A stretch of DNA of 64,000 nucleotides. It comes from Pavona decussata. Lineage: Eukaryota. This document shows positions 38,049 to 49,247 of this stretch, piece by piece. The notes beneath the pieces were generated by a model that worked only from the letters and a program-made list of their open reading frames with translations, had not been told where the DNA came from and did no database searches. The translations under genes and the position numbers were made by a program. The DNA lies in the NCBI GenBank assembly GCA_977016875.1, contig CDRNST010000052.1:496001-560000 (forward strand), written 5' to 3'. Numbering within the stretch: position 1 is the first letter of the stretch; every line of letters starts with the position of its first letter.

Positions 38049-39063
38049 AGTGTTTCCATTTCATGCGCTAAAAATTAACTCAGGGTATCCCCACACGGGA
38101 AAGTTTTTGGAAAGCCGCTAACCACAGATTTGCATTCAAAAGCATGTGAGATCTCACGATGGCCGACGAAAAGGTATGGAAATGCTCTTCTGAAATTAAA
38201 ATTTCAGATTTAGTTCGCTTCTAAGCTGTTCCTCAGTGAAAAGCTGGAGCTAGTATACGAAAAGGCTTTATCTGGGGCTTTGTATGAGCTTAAAGTTTGG
38301 CTCATGGCACCATCGTGCTTCGTCGAGGCGGGAAAATACGTTCAGGCGAATGCAGCGGGACTCTGTAAAACGAGGATACGGACGGGCGGATGCGGACGGC
38401 GGATGGCGGATGGGGCTTTAAAAAAAAAACCAAGAGAAAAGAAAATAGCTAGGATGTTGATACTGTTAAATTTTTTGGTTAATTGCCACCTTCTAAGAAA
38501 TGCTAGCTTTGGCTATTTTTTTTTTAATTTGAATTAATTTAAATCTTATTGTCAGTCAAACAGCGAAAACGCTGTAGAATGTTTCTTCTCGTTTTTCAAC
38601 CAAATCAGTTTGCAGAGGAACTCCGTACATTAGTACGACACACCATCCAGCAAAACAACACATTCACATTCATGAACAGTTACGGGATAATCTGATTAAC
38701 GGGAAAAGTACTGTACGAGCTCTTGTTAGGCAACAGACAGATTGATACAAGTCATTAAAAGATTATTTTAAGATGTCCAAAGATTTATATGCGTAGGATT
38801 TGCGAACGTATCATTTTCTTCCCTTTAAATTTGCACACAAGCAAAGTTTTCCTTACAATAGGGGGACTTTTTTGATCGGGTTTTGCGTCTTTTCGGTTTT
38901 GATATTCATTGCGGATTTTGGTTTTTCCCTTTTTTGAACATTCAGTTTTTTTACCTGACAGAAAAAACAGGTTTTTTCGGTCAGTTTCTGGTTTTCCCCA
39001 GTTGCCTCGGCGGCGGCCTTCAGTCCCTAGTTGTCAGGGGTCGTCTTCTCCGTGAACTTGGTA

Positions 39064-39510
39064 CAGTCGAACCTCGATTATCCGGACTCGTTGGGATTTG
39101 AATAAATAGTCCGGATAATCGAAAATATGAATATTAATGAAACAGTAATGTAAAGGAACGAAATAAAGTAAACAGAATTTAATTGTGAGTAGACTTTTAA
39201 ACTTGTCTAACCAACCGGTTGATGCTTTGAAGCTTTCGCGATCGGTCGACTCCGCTTTCAACTGCGCTGAGAAATGTTTCGCTTTCTCCTTAAAAAGCGG
39301 ACCTGAAATTGGTGTTCCACTGCTGAATAAACCGAGGAATACTGTCTTTTCTAACTCGTGTTCCTCTACATCAGACATCTTGGCAGAACGTAACTTTTTC
39401 GTGACCGCAAACGTCCAAATATGGAACCCATAAAATTTTCCCAGAGAAAAAAAGTGACATTTTTTCAAGCACGAGAAGTTCATGTTCGTTTCAGCGAGGG
39501 ACCACAAAAA
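39064..39510 (-). mobile_element. Truncated pogo/Tigger (Tc1-mariner) element with CENP-B HTH transposase fragment
   Basis: TA|CAGTCGAACCTCGATTATCCGG terminus. Peptide ELEKTVF..GTPISGPLFKEKA..F...L..FKASTGWLDKFK matches the CENP-B HTH. No second TIR found. Confidence 0.8.
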
Positions 39511-39779
39511 AAAATCGCGATCTTTAATTCGTCTCGATTGTTCAAGACATGCTCTGCTCTAAATTAAAACTTGAAAGGAAACGTCGCTTGTGTGCAGATT
39601 TCATGTCCTGGGAGGAAAATGACACGTTCGCAAATCTTACGCAGGGAAATCTTTGGACATCTTAAAATAATCTTTAATAACTTGTATCGATGTGTCTGTT
39701 CGAACAATAACCACGATTTCCAATCTATAATGCGTAACAAGAGCTCATACATTACTTTTCCCGTTTATCAGATTATCCC

Positions 39780-39814
39780 TAGCCTCCCACGCAGTCGTTT
39801 TTAGTGGGAGGCTA
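39780..39814. mobile_element. 35-bp mini-transposon with 11-bp TIRs and 9-bp TSD
   Basis: TAGCCTCCCAC-13nt-GTGGGAGGCTA flanked by GATTATCCC twice. The left arm has the empty site. Confidence 0.88.
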
Positions 39815-40455
39815 GATTATCCCGTAACTGTTCATGAATATGAAAGTGTTGTTTTGCTGGATGGTGTGTCGTACTAATGTAAGGAGTTCCTCTGCAAACT
39901 CAGACTGATTTGGTTGAAAAACGAGAAGAAACATTCTATAGCGTTTTCGCTGTTTGACTGACAATAAGATTTAAATTAATTCAAATTAAAAAAAAAATAG
40001 CCAAAGCTAGCATTTCTTAGAAGGTGGCAATTAACCAAAAAATTTAACAGTATCAACATCCTAGCTATTTTCTTTTTTCTTGGTTTTTTTTTTTTAAAGT
40101 CCGCCGTCTGCATCCGCCCGTCCGTATCCTCGTTTTACAGAGTCCCGCTGCATTCGCCTGAACATATTTTCCCGCCTCGACGAAGCACGATGGTGCCATG
40201 AGCCAAACTTTAAGCTCATACAAAGCCCCGGAGAAAGCCTTTTCGTATACTAGCTCCAGCGTTTCACTGAGGAACGGCTTAGAAGCGAACTAAATCTGAA
40301 ATTTTAATTTCAGAAGAGCATTTCCATACCTTTTCGTCGGCCATCGTGAGATCTCACATGTTTTTGAATGCAAATCTGCGGTTAGCGGCTTTCCAAAAAC
40401 TTTCCCGTGTGGGGATACCCTGAGTTAATTTTTAGCGCATGAAATGGAAACACTC

Positions 40456-40794
40456 AGCGACAGCGAATGAAATTTAGCGAGAGCGAATGAATATCAGCGA
40501 TAGCGAATAAGTATTAGCGACAGCGAATGTAAGTTAGCGAAAGCGAATGAAATTTAGCGATAGCAAATGAGTATTAGCGACAGCGAATGTACAATTTAGC
40601 GATAGCGAATAAGTATTAGCGACAGCGAATGTAATTTAGCGAAAGCGAATGAAATTAAGCGATAGCAAATGAGTATTAGCGATAGCGAATGTACAATTTA
40701 GCGATAGCGAATAAGTATTAGCGACAGCGAATGAACAATTTAGCGACAGCGAATGTAATTTAGCGATAGTGAATGTAATTTAGCGACAGCGAAT
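40456..40794 (-). repeat. 20-22-bp tandem array, right arm (17 units)
   Basis: Reverse complement of the left array with one five-unit block duplicated. Confidence 0.92.
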
Positions 40795-40936
40795 ACAACT
40801 TAGCGAATATTGAAACATTTGGACGACCATACCCCACAGTGGCTTTTACTATTTAAATGTTGAACCATTGGATAAAGTGCTTGCAAACTGCTTGGAAATG
40901 TAAGCAAGCTTTCTTTTTGCATGTGAAGGCGTGTTG

Positions 40937-41197
40937 AGCCTGCCGCACACTTGAGGATAGAGCTGAGCAAACTGTCTCGCCAGGCGATTAACTCAGCTGT
41001 TTCATCATGTGAGCGGTTTCGTTTTCGTGAGTTTTTCGCCTCGCGAGGCCGTGAGGAAAATATCTATCATGTTTGATATTTGAGATTTCGCCTCGCGAGG
41101 CAAAATTCTCACGAAAACCGCACACTTGAGGAAACAGCTGAGCTGATTGCCTCGCGAGGCAGTTTGCTCAGCTCTTTCCTCAAGTGTGTGGCAGGCT
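40937..41197. mobile_element. Palindromic MITE
   Basis: AGCCTGCCGCACACTTGAGGATAGAGCTGAGCAAACTG pairs with CAGTTTGCTCAGCTCTTTCCTCAAGTGTGTGGCAGGCT. Internal GCCTCGCGAGGC palindromes. Confidence 0.8.
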
Positions 41198-42497
41198 TTA
41201 CAAAACAAAATCCCATTGGCTCCTAATTTCCCACAAATCTCTGCACGAGTTTGTGCAAGCCAGTAACCGGTAAACCAGTTGGCAGCCGGTTATATAAAGA
41301 AACCAGAATTTTTAATTTATTCGACCAGGTATAGATCAAAGAATCAAACAGATGTTTGCGAAGGTTTCTTTTTGCCCACCAGCACATGCATGTACGGTGA
41401 CCAAGGAACCTCTGAATGTATGGCCCATGCCAGTATGCATGGGTGAACTTTTTCGGTATGAAAATGAATTTAGCGCTCAGATCTGAAAATGGATATCATT
41501 TACGTGTAGGAGTCAGGTTTCAAAATGGGAAGTGAAAATTACTTTTTTGGTCAAAAAATGGGTAGGGAAAGTTGCTCATTTTGGACTAAAAATGGGTGTT
41601 AGAGCTGTGCCACACAACCTGACAGTGCGTTAGGTCCATGATAGACCAAGACTCTCTGAACTCAACCTCTGTAGAGCCTTTTCAAGATGATACACATAGC
41701 AACAATAATGGTACAATCGAAAACTCAAAACACAAGAATTTCTAAAATTTGACATTCGACCTTAATTTGACAGAATTTTTGACATTTGGGTACCGGCAGG
41801 AAATTGACAGTGGAATTTTCTGGTGATAATATGGTACCTAGAATAATGCAGCATGGGAACAAGGCTGCTACCTAAGAAGAGCCCGGTAGCCAGCTGGGGC
41901 GCCCAAGAAAATGCTTCCATTGGGTGCCTAAATTTTTTGCAGTAGCACCTAGAACACTTCACATGTTGGACTCCTAACTTCTTGGAGGGTCGAACAGGGG
42001 GGGGGGGGGGGGGGTCTCTTGCACGGTTCACGAACAGAAAAAATAGCAAATCACGGATCACAGAAATGAAAATTTCATTTTCAAGCTCTTCACGGGTCAC
42101 GCAAAACCTTCAAGTCACAGATTAGGAAGAATAATTTATTACATTCACGTTTCACGGGAAATAAAATCAGCTAATAACGCATCACGAAAATACCCCTGTA
42201 CGACCTTCTTCTTAGCTTTTGGCCTTGAGGGCCATCATTGAAACTTTTCTTAGGCAACAGCCTTGAGCAACATAGCAATCTCTTGGAATGTCTCCCTGTA
42301 ATACAGACACTTGTGCCCAACCCAATGGTAACTGCTTTTACGTGAAAAGTTTCATCTGTATCTTCCGTTCTCTCCTTTCTATTTATTGCATGTACTAACC
42401 CTTTCCCAATTTGTTTGATGCAATAATTCATTGGTTTTATTTTGACTATTCAAGATGGGAGCTGTGGTTCACAGTTTGTGTTTTGTTACCTTAAAAG

Positions 42498-42596
42498 GTC
42501 AGTGGCTTCATTTACGAACTGGAAAGAAGACCTGTTTGTAGAAGAGGTTACTCAGTTGGTGCAAGAACTGCTCCCAGATTTCCTAAACCAGCTCAT
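42498..42596 (+). CDS. PIFO: PIFO-like, exon 2
   Basis: aag|GTC ... CAT|gtaagt, 99 nt, VSGFIYELERRPVCRRGYSVGARTAPRFPKPAH (compare PIFO GYTLGARTAVRF). Confidence 0.85.
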
Positions 42597-44221
42597 GTAA
42601 GTTTATGACTGCCAAGTTCTGTATAAGTTATTTCATCCACTGGATCAAAAGGTAGAGCTGAGTGGACTGATTTGTAGCCCGCACCACAGACAGAATCAAC
42701 CGTCGGTAAATACTGGCTGTGAATTACTCGCCCAAATCCTTGTTCTGAACCTTCCTCCAATGAAGGAAACAAAATACTGCAAGTCACTTTCGAAATGCCC
42801 TTCAATCTAATTGGCACTAACCAGACCAATTGAACAATGACCTTGTGAAGAGGCCAATCACAGAGTGTACTCAGTTCCTGGTAACAAAATACCAGAGGTC
42901 ACTTTTGAAATGCCCTTCAATCTGATTGGCACTAACAAGACCAATCAAATAGTGACCTGTGCAAAGGCCAATTATTCATCACACCTAGTGTGCTCAGATA
43001 CTGGTGTGCTGTTGGGGGTCTAGAACAAGGGTTTGGGTGCTAATTTACAAGCGGTAGTTACGTGTACCAGCGGTTGATTCCATCTGTGGCATAGGCAAAC
43101 TGATTTGGTGTTTGACATATTTGGTCCAGGGTGTGTTCCTTGAAAGTCCAAGAAACTATTGTATTTGAGGCTCAATCTTTATTGATTTGAAAAGCTAGAA
43201 TTTACAAAGCTTACACTAAATTACACTAAATTAAAATCTACACTGTTAATTGATAAAAAATGCTAAGTTATCAGGACTTCTGAGAAACAGGCTGTAGATC
43301 AGTTTTACAGTAAGTAAAATGGCTGTCTCACATGTAGTTATTGTATTTGATTAATACACGTCAGTGGAGTGCTTATCATTCCATACCCTCTGTAGCAATC
43401 ATTCCTTTCCAAGCAAGTGTGAAAAGTGAACAAAAGCTTCTGGGCAGAGGGAAAAGATCCTACATTGCCTCCCACCCCCTCCCAATTTTTTTGTTCCATT
43501 TGTGCATGTCCTGAATCTTGGAAAGGAAACAACTAGTATACAGGCTAATCATCTTCTTTGCCTTTATCTGAATTTCTGAGATGATTACTGAAAATAGCCC
43601 CTCCATCCCACCCCCCCCCCCCTGAAAAATAAAAAAATATATAAATTTAAAAAAATATGCCCCCCCCCCAAAAAAAGAAAAACAAACAACAAAAAATCTC
43701 AGATACAAACACCCCTCTAAGCCCTAGTAAGTCTAACTTATTGACCTGCAAATGACTCTCCAAATATCTCCCTAACTTAGTTGACTGCACTCTCACACAT
43801 AAATAATTTATTTGAGTTTCCTCCAGATACTGCGCTGCTCCATAATCTTGGGCAGAGCTGTCCTTGGTAGTTGGGTTTCCCATTCCAGCTGATCAATAAA
43901 CATCATTGCTGGGCAAACTCTAGACCTTCCCCATTGTGGTGGGTCTCAAAACAGCAGCTGTGATGAACAGCTAAATATAAGCTCCCCCAAAACAAGCCTT
44001 CTCCAAACATAACACATAAAAGTCATTTAAACCAATTTTTAGCCCAGGGCAATCTAAAGGGGTGCGGTTGGGGAATTCAAATCCAAATAATCCTCCATGT
44101 TGTGAGGTGCATGGATAGTTTCTGGAACAACAAATTTCTACTTTTGTGGTTATCATAGTCCGTGAACTTTGTGGTAGTTTTTCATGCACTAACCACTTTA
44201 AATAATTTGTTTATTTACCAG

Positions 44222-44335
44222 ATGGATGTCCCAGGCCCACCCACACATCAGGCAATTATAAGTAAACCAATCCACTTTGATGAAGCATTCAAATCATTTA
44301 ATGTTGGTGCAACAAGATTTCCTGCAATTAGTAAG
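44222..44335 (+). CDS. PIFO: PIFO-like, exon 3
   Basis: cag|ATG ... AAG|gtaaat, 114 nt, MDVPGPPTHQAIISKPIHFDEAFKSFNVGATRFPAISK. Confidence 0.83.
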
Positions 44336-44449
44336 GTAAATTTAGAAACAAAGTTGATTGACAAGGCACACATTAAGAGGATAACCTTTTTGTATATAAC
44401 ATAACTACTGTTAAAATGACTAATGTGCGGAATTCGTGTTATGTTTCAG

Positions 44450-44469
44450 GATCATGATGCTCATCCTGG
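44450..44469 (+). CDS. PIFO: PIFO-like, exon 4 (20-nt micro-exon)
   Basis: tttcag|GATCATGATGCTCATCCTGG|gtaagg. Needed to restore phase and completes HPGPGAY. Confidence 0.75.
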
Positions 44470-46071
44470 GTAAGGATACTTTCTCTACTAAAGATTTTGG
44501 TTTACTGTAAAAGCTGTGTTAAGAGAGAAAGGGGCTTTTTAGAGAAGGCTGGGCTTATTTGAAGTCATGAGAGTTGAATAAAACTCAAATAGCTTTTACA
44601 AAATGTTTCCCCACAACTGACTGAAACATACTGCATGTACAGCAATGATTTACGAAAAATGAAAAATGTTACATGGAAGGGGGGGGGGGGGGGATTTTAA
44701 AATAAGGGGTTCATTACAGATGGAGCTTAGTAGTTAAGATGTTTTTTGTATACGCTTTTGTAGTATCTGTATGGGATCTCTAAAATCTCTATGGAAAATT
44801 GTTGGTATTTGCATTATTGGATTTTGCCACACATGTTACAAAGTCAGGACTGGTACTTCTTACTATTCTGATTACAACTATTATGAGAGGTAGTGTAAGC
44901 TGCAAGTTTCCAGTACTCCTCAACACTTATACTTTGTGGATTAATACCACCACTATTTATTAGTTTGTACAACAGTAATGGTATCAAACAAATGCCTAAT
45001 TATCATCGGCAAACAACCTGTTTGAAACATGTTAAAACACTCCTAATATTAGCTTTAAGTAGTTATAACTCCAAAACGAGCTTGGTGACCCCATTTTTTA
45101 TTGTATTTTTTAAACTATGATCAGTATATTCAGATACAGCTTTTTGGAGGGGCCACAAATTTAAGGTGGCTCCGATTACCCCTCCCTACAAATTATAATA
45201 TTGTTTTAAACTTTGCAAATAGTTGTATCTGAACATGCTTATTATAGTTCCATAAACAAAATTGGGTTCACCAAGCTTTTTCTGAGTAATAACTAAAATT
45301 AGGGATGTTTTAACAGGTTTGTTACTTTTGGTATGATAATGTTATGTCGAGGAAATGACCATGACTTGTTCTCAAATGATTAGGTACTTGTTTGATACGA
45401 TTATTGTAGTATGAATTGATAAAGAGTGGTAGTATTGATCCTTCAAAAACTCATTAATAATTCATAGGCCTATTTACCTATCAAAATGGTCGATAAAACA
45501 TCACGTGCAGTGGTTTTAAAACCCGATTAAACCTCCTCCTTGTTAGTATGCGGTGTTTATTTCCAACGCTCACAAAAGCATCGTTGTTATGAATTCTCTT
45601 GACACATGCCTTTCCAGGAATGTTCTTGAAGCCATTCAAAAAACTCGCAGCACGTGTTTTATCGGGTCTAAAACCACTCGGCTGTGCCTCATGGTTTTGA
45701 ATCCCTATAAAGCACTGCTGCTTGTGTTTTAAACATAACATCAAAGTATACAGTAAGTACATTGCAGTGTTTGAACATGCTAGAAACTTGTGCCAGGTGC
45801 CATTATCACACATAATTTAGTGAAAGTTTGCAGATACATCTTCCCAAATTCACGTAAAAAGATAAATCTTACAGTTATCCCACACATTCGTATTCAGGAT
45901 TATGGTCTTGAAATCAAATGTGACCTGAGTTTTTGATTACAATTTTTCTTGTTTAGTGGTAGTTGGTGTGTTAAATTTAATTCACATTGGAGGGAAAATT
46001 GTTACCACTGACCATTTATCTCCATTTTAGTTATTGAACTTCATAATAGTTTTACAACATGTTTTCTGCAG

Positions 46072-46198
46072 GCCTGGTGCCTATGAGTTTGATGCCAAGA
46101 GGGATAGAAAAGTAAAATTCCATGGTTCGTTTGGAGGGCCACAAACACTGATAACATCAGTTACAATCAAATGCAATGAATTTGGAGAATCAGATATT
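46072..46198 (+). CDS. PIFO: PIFO-like, exon 5
   Basis: ctgcag|G CCT ... ATT|gtaagt, 127 nt, PGAYEFDAKRDRKVKFHGSFGGPQTLITSVTIKCNEFGESDI. Confidence 0.83.
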
Positions 46199-46489
46199 GT
46201 AAGTATTTATTGAGTATTCAGGATAATGCATTAAGCCCAGCCCAAAAATTTCGGATGCCTTTAATTTATGACATTTTATTTCAGACAGACAATTTTTGGA
46301 CTCAATTTTATTGATTTCGGACAAAATTTGTACAAAATTTCAGACACTATGATACCAGGAACTAATTTAATACAATATAAGGTAAATGAGAGATGTAAAC
46401 TGTGTATTGTGTGTTTCCATGCAAGTCCTTTGTAATGTCGTTTTCAGTTTCAGTATTTGATTATAAAAGTATTCTTCTTTTAACTGCAG

Positions 46490-46602
46490 TGTAAATCTTG
46501 CAAAAGTCCTCCAGTTGGTGACTACTATGAATACAAGAGAGTTCATCTCTGTCGGAAATGCTACGAACACCATTTGCAAACGGGAGAAAAATATACTAAA
46601 AG
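46490..46602 (+). CDS. PIFO: PIFO-like, exon 6 (C4 zinc finger)
   Basis: ctgcag|TGT ... AG|gtaaaa, 113 nt, CKSCKSPPVGDYYEYKRVHLCRKCYEHHLQTGEKYTK. Confidence 0.8.
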
Positions 46603-47527
46603 GTAAAAGTATAGACAATATAGTGACGTTTTGAAAATACATTGAAAAGCCGCGTATAAGAACTCCAATGTTTCTAAGCCAGGCTGAAATAGTTCATTAT
46701 ACTACTGAATGTCTGGTAAGAAATCAGGATGTGTAGAGAGATTTGCTGTCTTACTTGAATTTAAGCAATTGGGTGAAGTTTTGTCAAGTTTTGTTTGGCC
46801 ACTGTAAGAGGTTAAAAAGCTGACATTTCAATCGTTTGCTTTTGGTCAGATACGCTTTAGCGAAGAGCCTACGCTCAAAACGTCAGCTTTTAAATCTCTC
46901 TATGGTAGACAATTTATCTGTAGTAATCAATTAAGTTGGTGAAACCAAATATTTGTTGCTTCTCCCCCACAGACATACAAACAGTTTCTTTACAAACTAA
47001 CCCCCTTTATCCCTGAGTTTGCCAACTTAAAATTGTCATCTAGAAACGCCTTGAGGTCTCACAATTTCGTTGTGCTGTTGCAAAACGAGTTGCATGCACT
47101 GAAATGAACATGTCTCCACTAAAATGAACATGTCTCGCAACGGTTTTGTTGCAGTTTCCGTTGCGAGACGAAGTAGGGTCGACTTCTATTTTTTCGGAAC
47201 GATTGCGGCAAAAAAGAAAAAAAAATGCGCAACATGTTCATTTCAAGGCATATTACACCAGGCAATGATTCGTGCAACTTGTGTCGCAACAAAATTGCGA
47301 GAAACGCCTTAAAGAGAGTTTTTGAACCAGTTCTTAGACAACGTTGTATCCTAAAACTGTCATGATCGACTACATGTACCTTGTCAGATTCTGTAGTTAA
47401 TAGAATGGTTGCTTACAAGGAAAGCAACTAGTTGAGTTTTGTAGTAGAGGTAGTGAAAAGAGATGGAAGTCTCCCATTTATTTACTTACAATCCTTGTTA
47501 TTTTTGTTTTCATCATCTTGTTTGTAG

Positions 47528-47603
47528 TTATCTTCAATCATTCTACAAAGTGAGAGACTGTTCAAACATTCATAATCACGAGGGAACGAACGCTAGATTA
47601 ATG
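47528..47603 (+). CDS. PIFO: PIFO-like, exon 7
   Basis: tgtag|T TAT ... ATG|gtaaga, 76 nt, phase-compatible, YLQSFYKVRDCSNIHNHEGTNARLM. Confidence 0.8.
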
Positions 47604-48007
47604 GTAAGAAAATATCATTTGTTGGAGTACTTCTATAAATTTATCATATATTTGAAGACTTTTATCCATTTTAATAAGTTTGGAACAAACTGAATACATT
47701 TTTTTGTACAGTACCTACGAGCTTTTAGAGCCACTCACAAAACTCGACAAACAGAACCAATCCACTGTGCCGAAGAAAATGGCGACTGGTACATTTCCTC
47801 ATAAATCATTAAAACGCTTATAAAAACCAACAGAAAAGTTGTAAAATCTTCAAACCTAACATACACAGTTCAGACAGTTTTGTTTGTTCAGGGACGACTT
47901 TCGCCAAAAATATGGCTTTCTATGGAATAATGCGCTTATTAGCTGTGTTAGGTTCGCAAGGTATTGTGGTGAAATGTACAGCGGCCATCTTTTTCCGTAC
48001 GGTGAAT

Positions 48008-48243
48008 AGGCCATTTTACAGTTGTGTGTTAAGTGACCTGGCCTTGGATTGTAAGCGAGGCTGGGGGTGACCTTGTTTTGATACAAACCTCATTTCTTTT
48101 CATATGTAAATGCAGGGTAGTTAGCATAAGAACAGCATGATCTTCATATGAAAAGCAGTGAGGTTTGTATCAAAACAAGGTCACCCTCAGCCTCGCTTCC
48201 AATCCAAGGCCAGGTCACTTAGCATACAACTGTAAAATGGCCT
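48008..48243. mobile_element. Near-perfect hairpin MITE with AT flanks (ISL2EU-like) in PIFO intron 7
   Basis: AT|AGGCCATTTTACAGTTG...CAACTGTAAAATGGCCT|AT. Arms are complementary over about 100 bp. Confidence 0.85.
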
Positions 48244-48362
48244 ATTGAAGTAAACACACACATGGCTACTTGCGTCAGTTGACAACTCTTTTAACTGAAC
48301 TTGAGCTTCTCAATCTGTGGTTTACATTAATTGCTGTATGTTCCTCATTTTTACGTCTTCAG

Positions 48363-48428
48363 TTGAAAACAAATCGTGACCTCAAGAAACAAAGGTTTAG
48401 AGAGGCGTACATGAGCTTGTACTTCTAA
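48363..48428 (+). CDS. PIFO: PIFO-like, last exon
   Basis: ttcag|TTG, LKTNRDLKKQRFREAYMSLYF* (compare PIFO C-terminus R.AYLSLYY). AATAAA at 48639-48644. Confidence 0.85.
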   Translation: MKTNRDLKKQRFREAYMSLYF

Positions 48429-48862
48429 CATGGCAACACGGACACGAAACTGCCGTCGCTGTTGTTGAGAAATACATTGTATGACCAGGAGAAGATGCCA
48501 GCTAGACACAAGTTAAACTGAACATTCTGGTTTAATTGTAAATTTGCACATACTAACAGTGGCTAAATCGTGGAACACATTTTTGTATGATCAGACTTTA
48601 AGCGTGTATTACATAGATGTACGGTATTTTGTAATAGGAATAAACTAAAATAATTGTAGAAATTATGAACACCGGCTCAACTTCATACTTAGCATTCCTT
48701 CCTTCCTTCCCCACACCCCCCTCAAAAAAGGAGAGAAGATAGAAAAATAATAAAAACGAGTTCTGTTGGCTTTGAGTAACTTACTTTGCTCTGAATAACG
48801 CATTGTACATACAGTGCTGTGGAAGTATATTCCCCGCAGTGTCATGCACCATCAGTTACTAG

Positions 48863-49247
48863 GGGGCTGTTTACATGGAGGGAGGAAGATCCTAGAGGGT
48901 GGATCATCCTAGCGCCATATTTTGTCTCTATTCAGTTTACATGCAAAAATTGTACTTGGCCCTAGCGCTAGGATCTTCCTAGAGATAGGAACTTCCTAGC
49001 TGAGAGATAGGAGGATCTTAGCAACATGTAACGTTCGCTCGGAAGAACCTAGTACTAGGGACAAAAAGAACAAACATGGCGGCAGCCAGGCGTTCAGCTG
49101 CTCAAGGCCGACAGTTATTCTTCTTTTCCTTCTCCACTAGGTAACCACTTCGGCCTAAATTTCTGCATGTAAAGCAAACGAAAATGTTTTCCACCTTCTC
49201 GGATCTTCGTAGTGCTAGGATCTTCCTCTCTCCATGTAAACAGCCCC
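48863..49247. mobile_element. PIF/Harbinger MITE
   Basis: TIRs GGGGCTGTTTACATGGAGGGAGGAAGATCCTAG / CTAGGATCTTCCTCTCTCCATGTAAACAGCCCC, related to the 4824-5357 termini. Confidence 0.82.

Larger units (their letters stand above)
37774..40831. mobile_element. Foldback-type element: inverted arms over 1 kb, subterminal tandem arrays, 6-bp TSD
   Basis: Termini TATGGTCGTCCAAATG / CATTTGGACGACCATA. CCCCAC at 37768-37773 and 40832-40837. Arms about 37774-38858 and 39570-40831. Confidence 0.92.

Noticed and set aside
37774-40831. Polinton/Maverick
   Set aside because: The 6-bp TSD fits, but the ends are TA...TA rather than AG...CT and there is no polymerase, integrase or capsid remnant.
42765-42975. 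Diverged direct duplication with about 115-bp period in PIFO intron 2
   Set aside because: Real, but two ordinary copies with no coding or structural signal.
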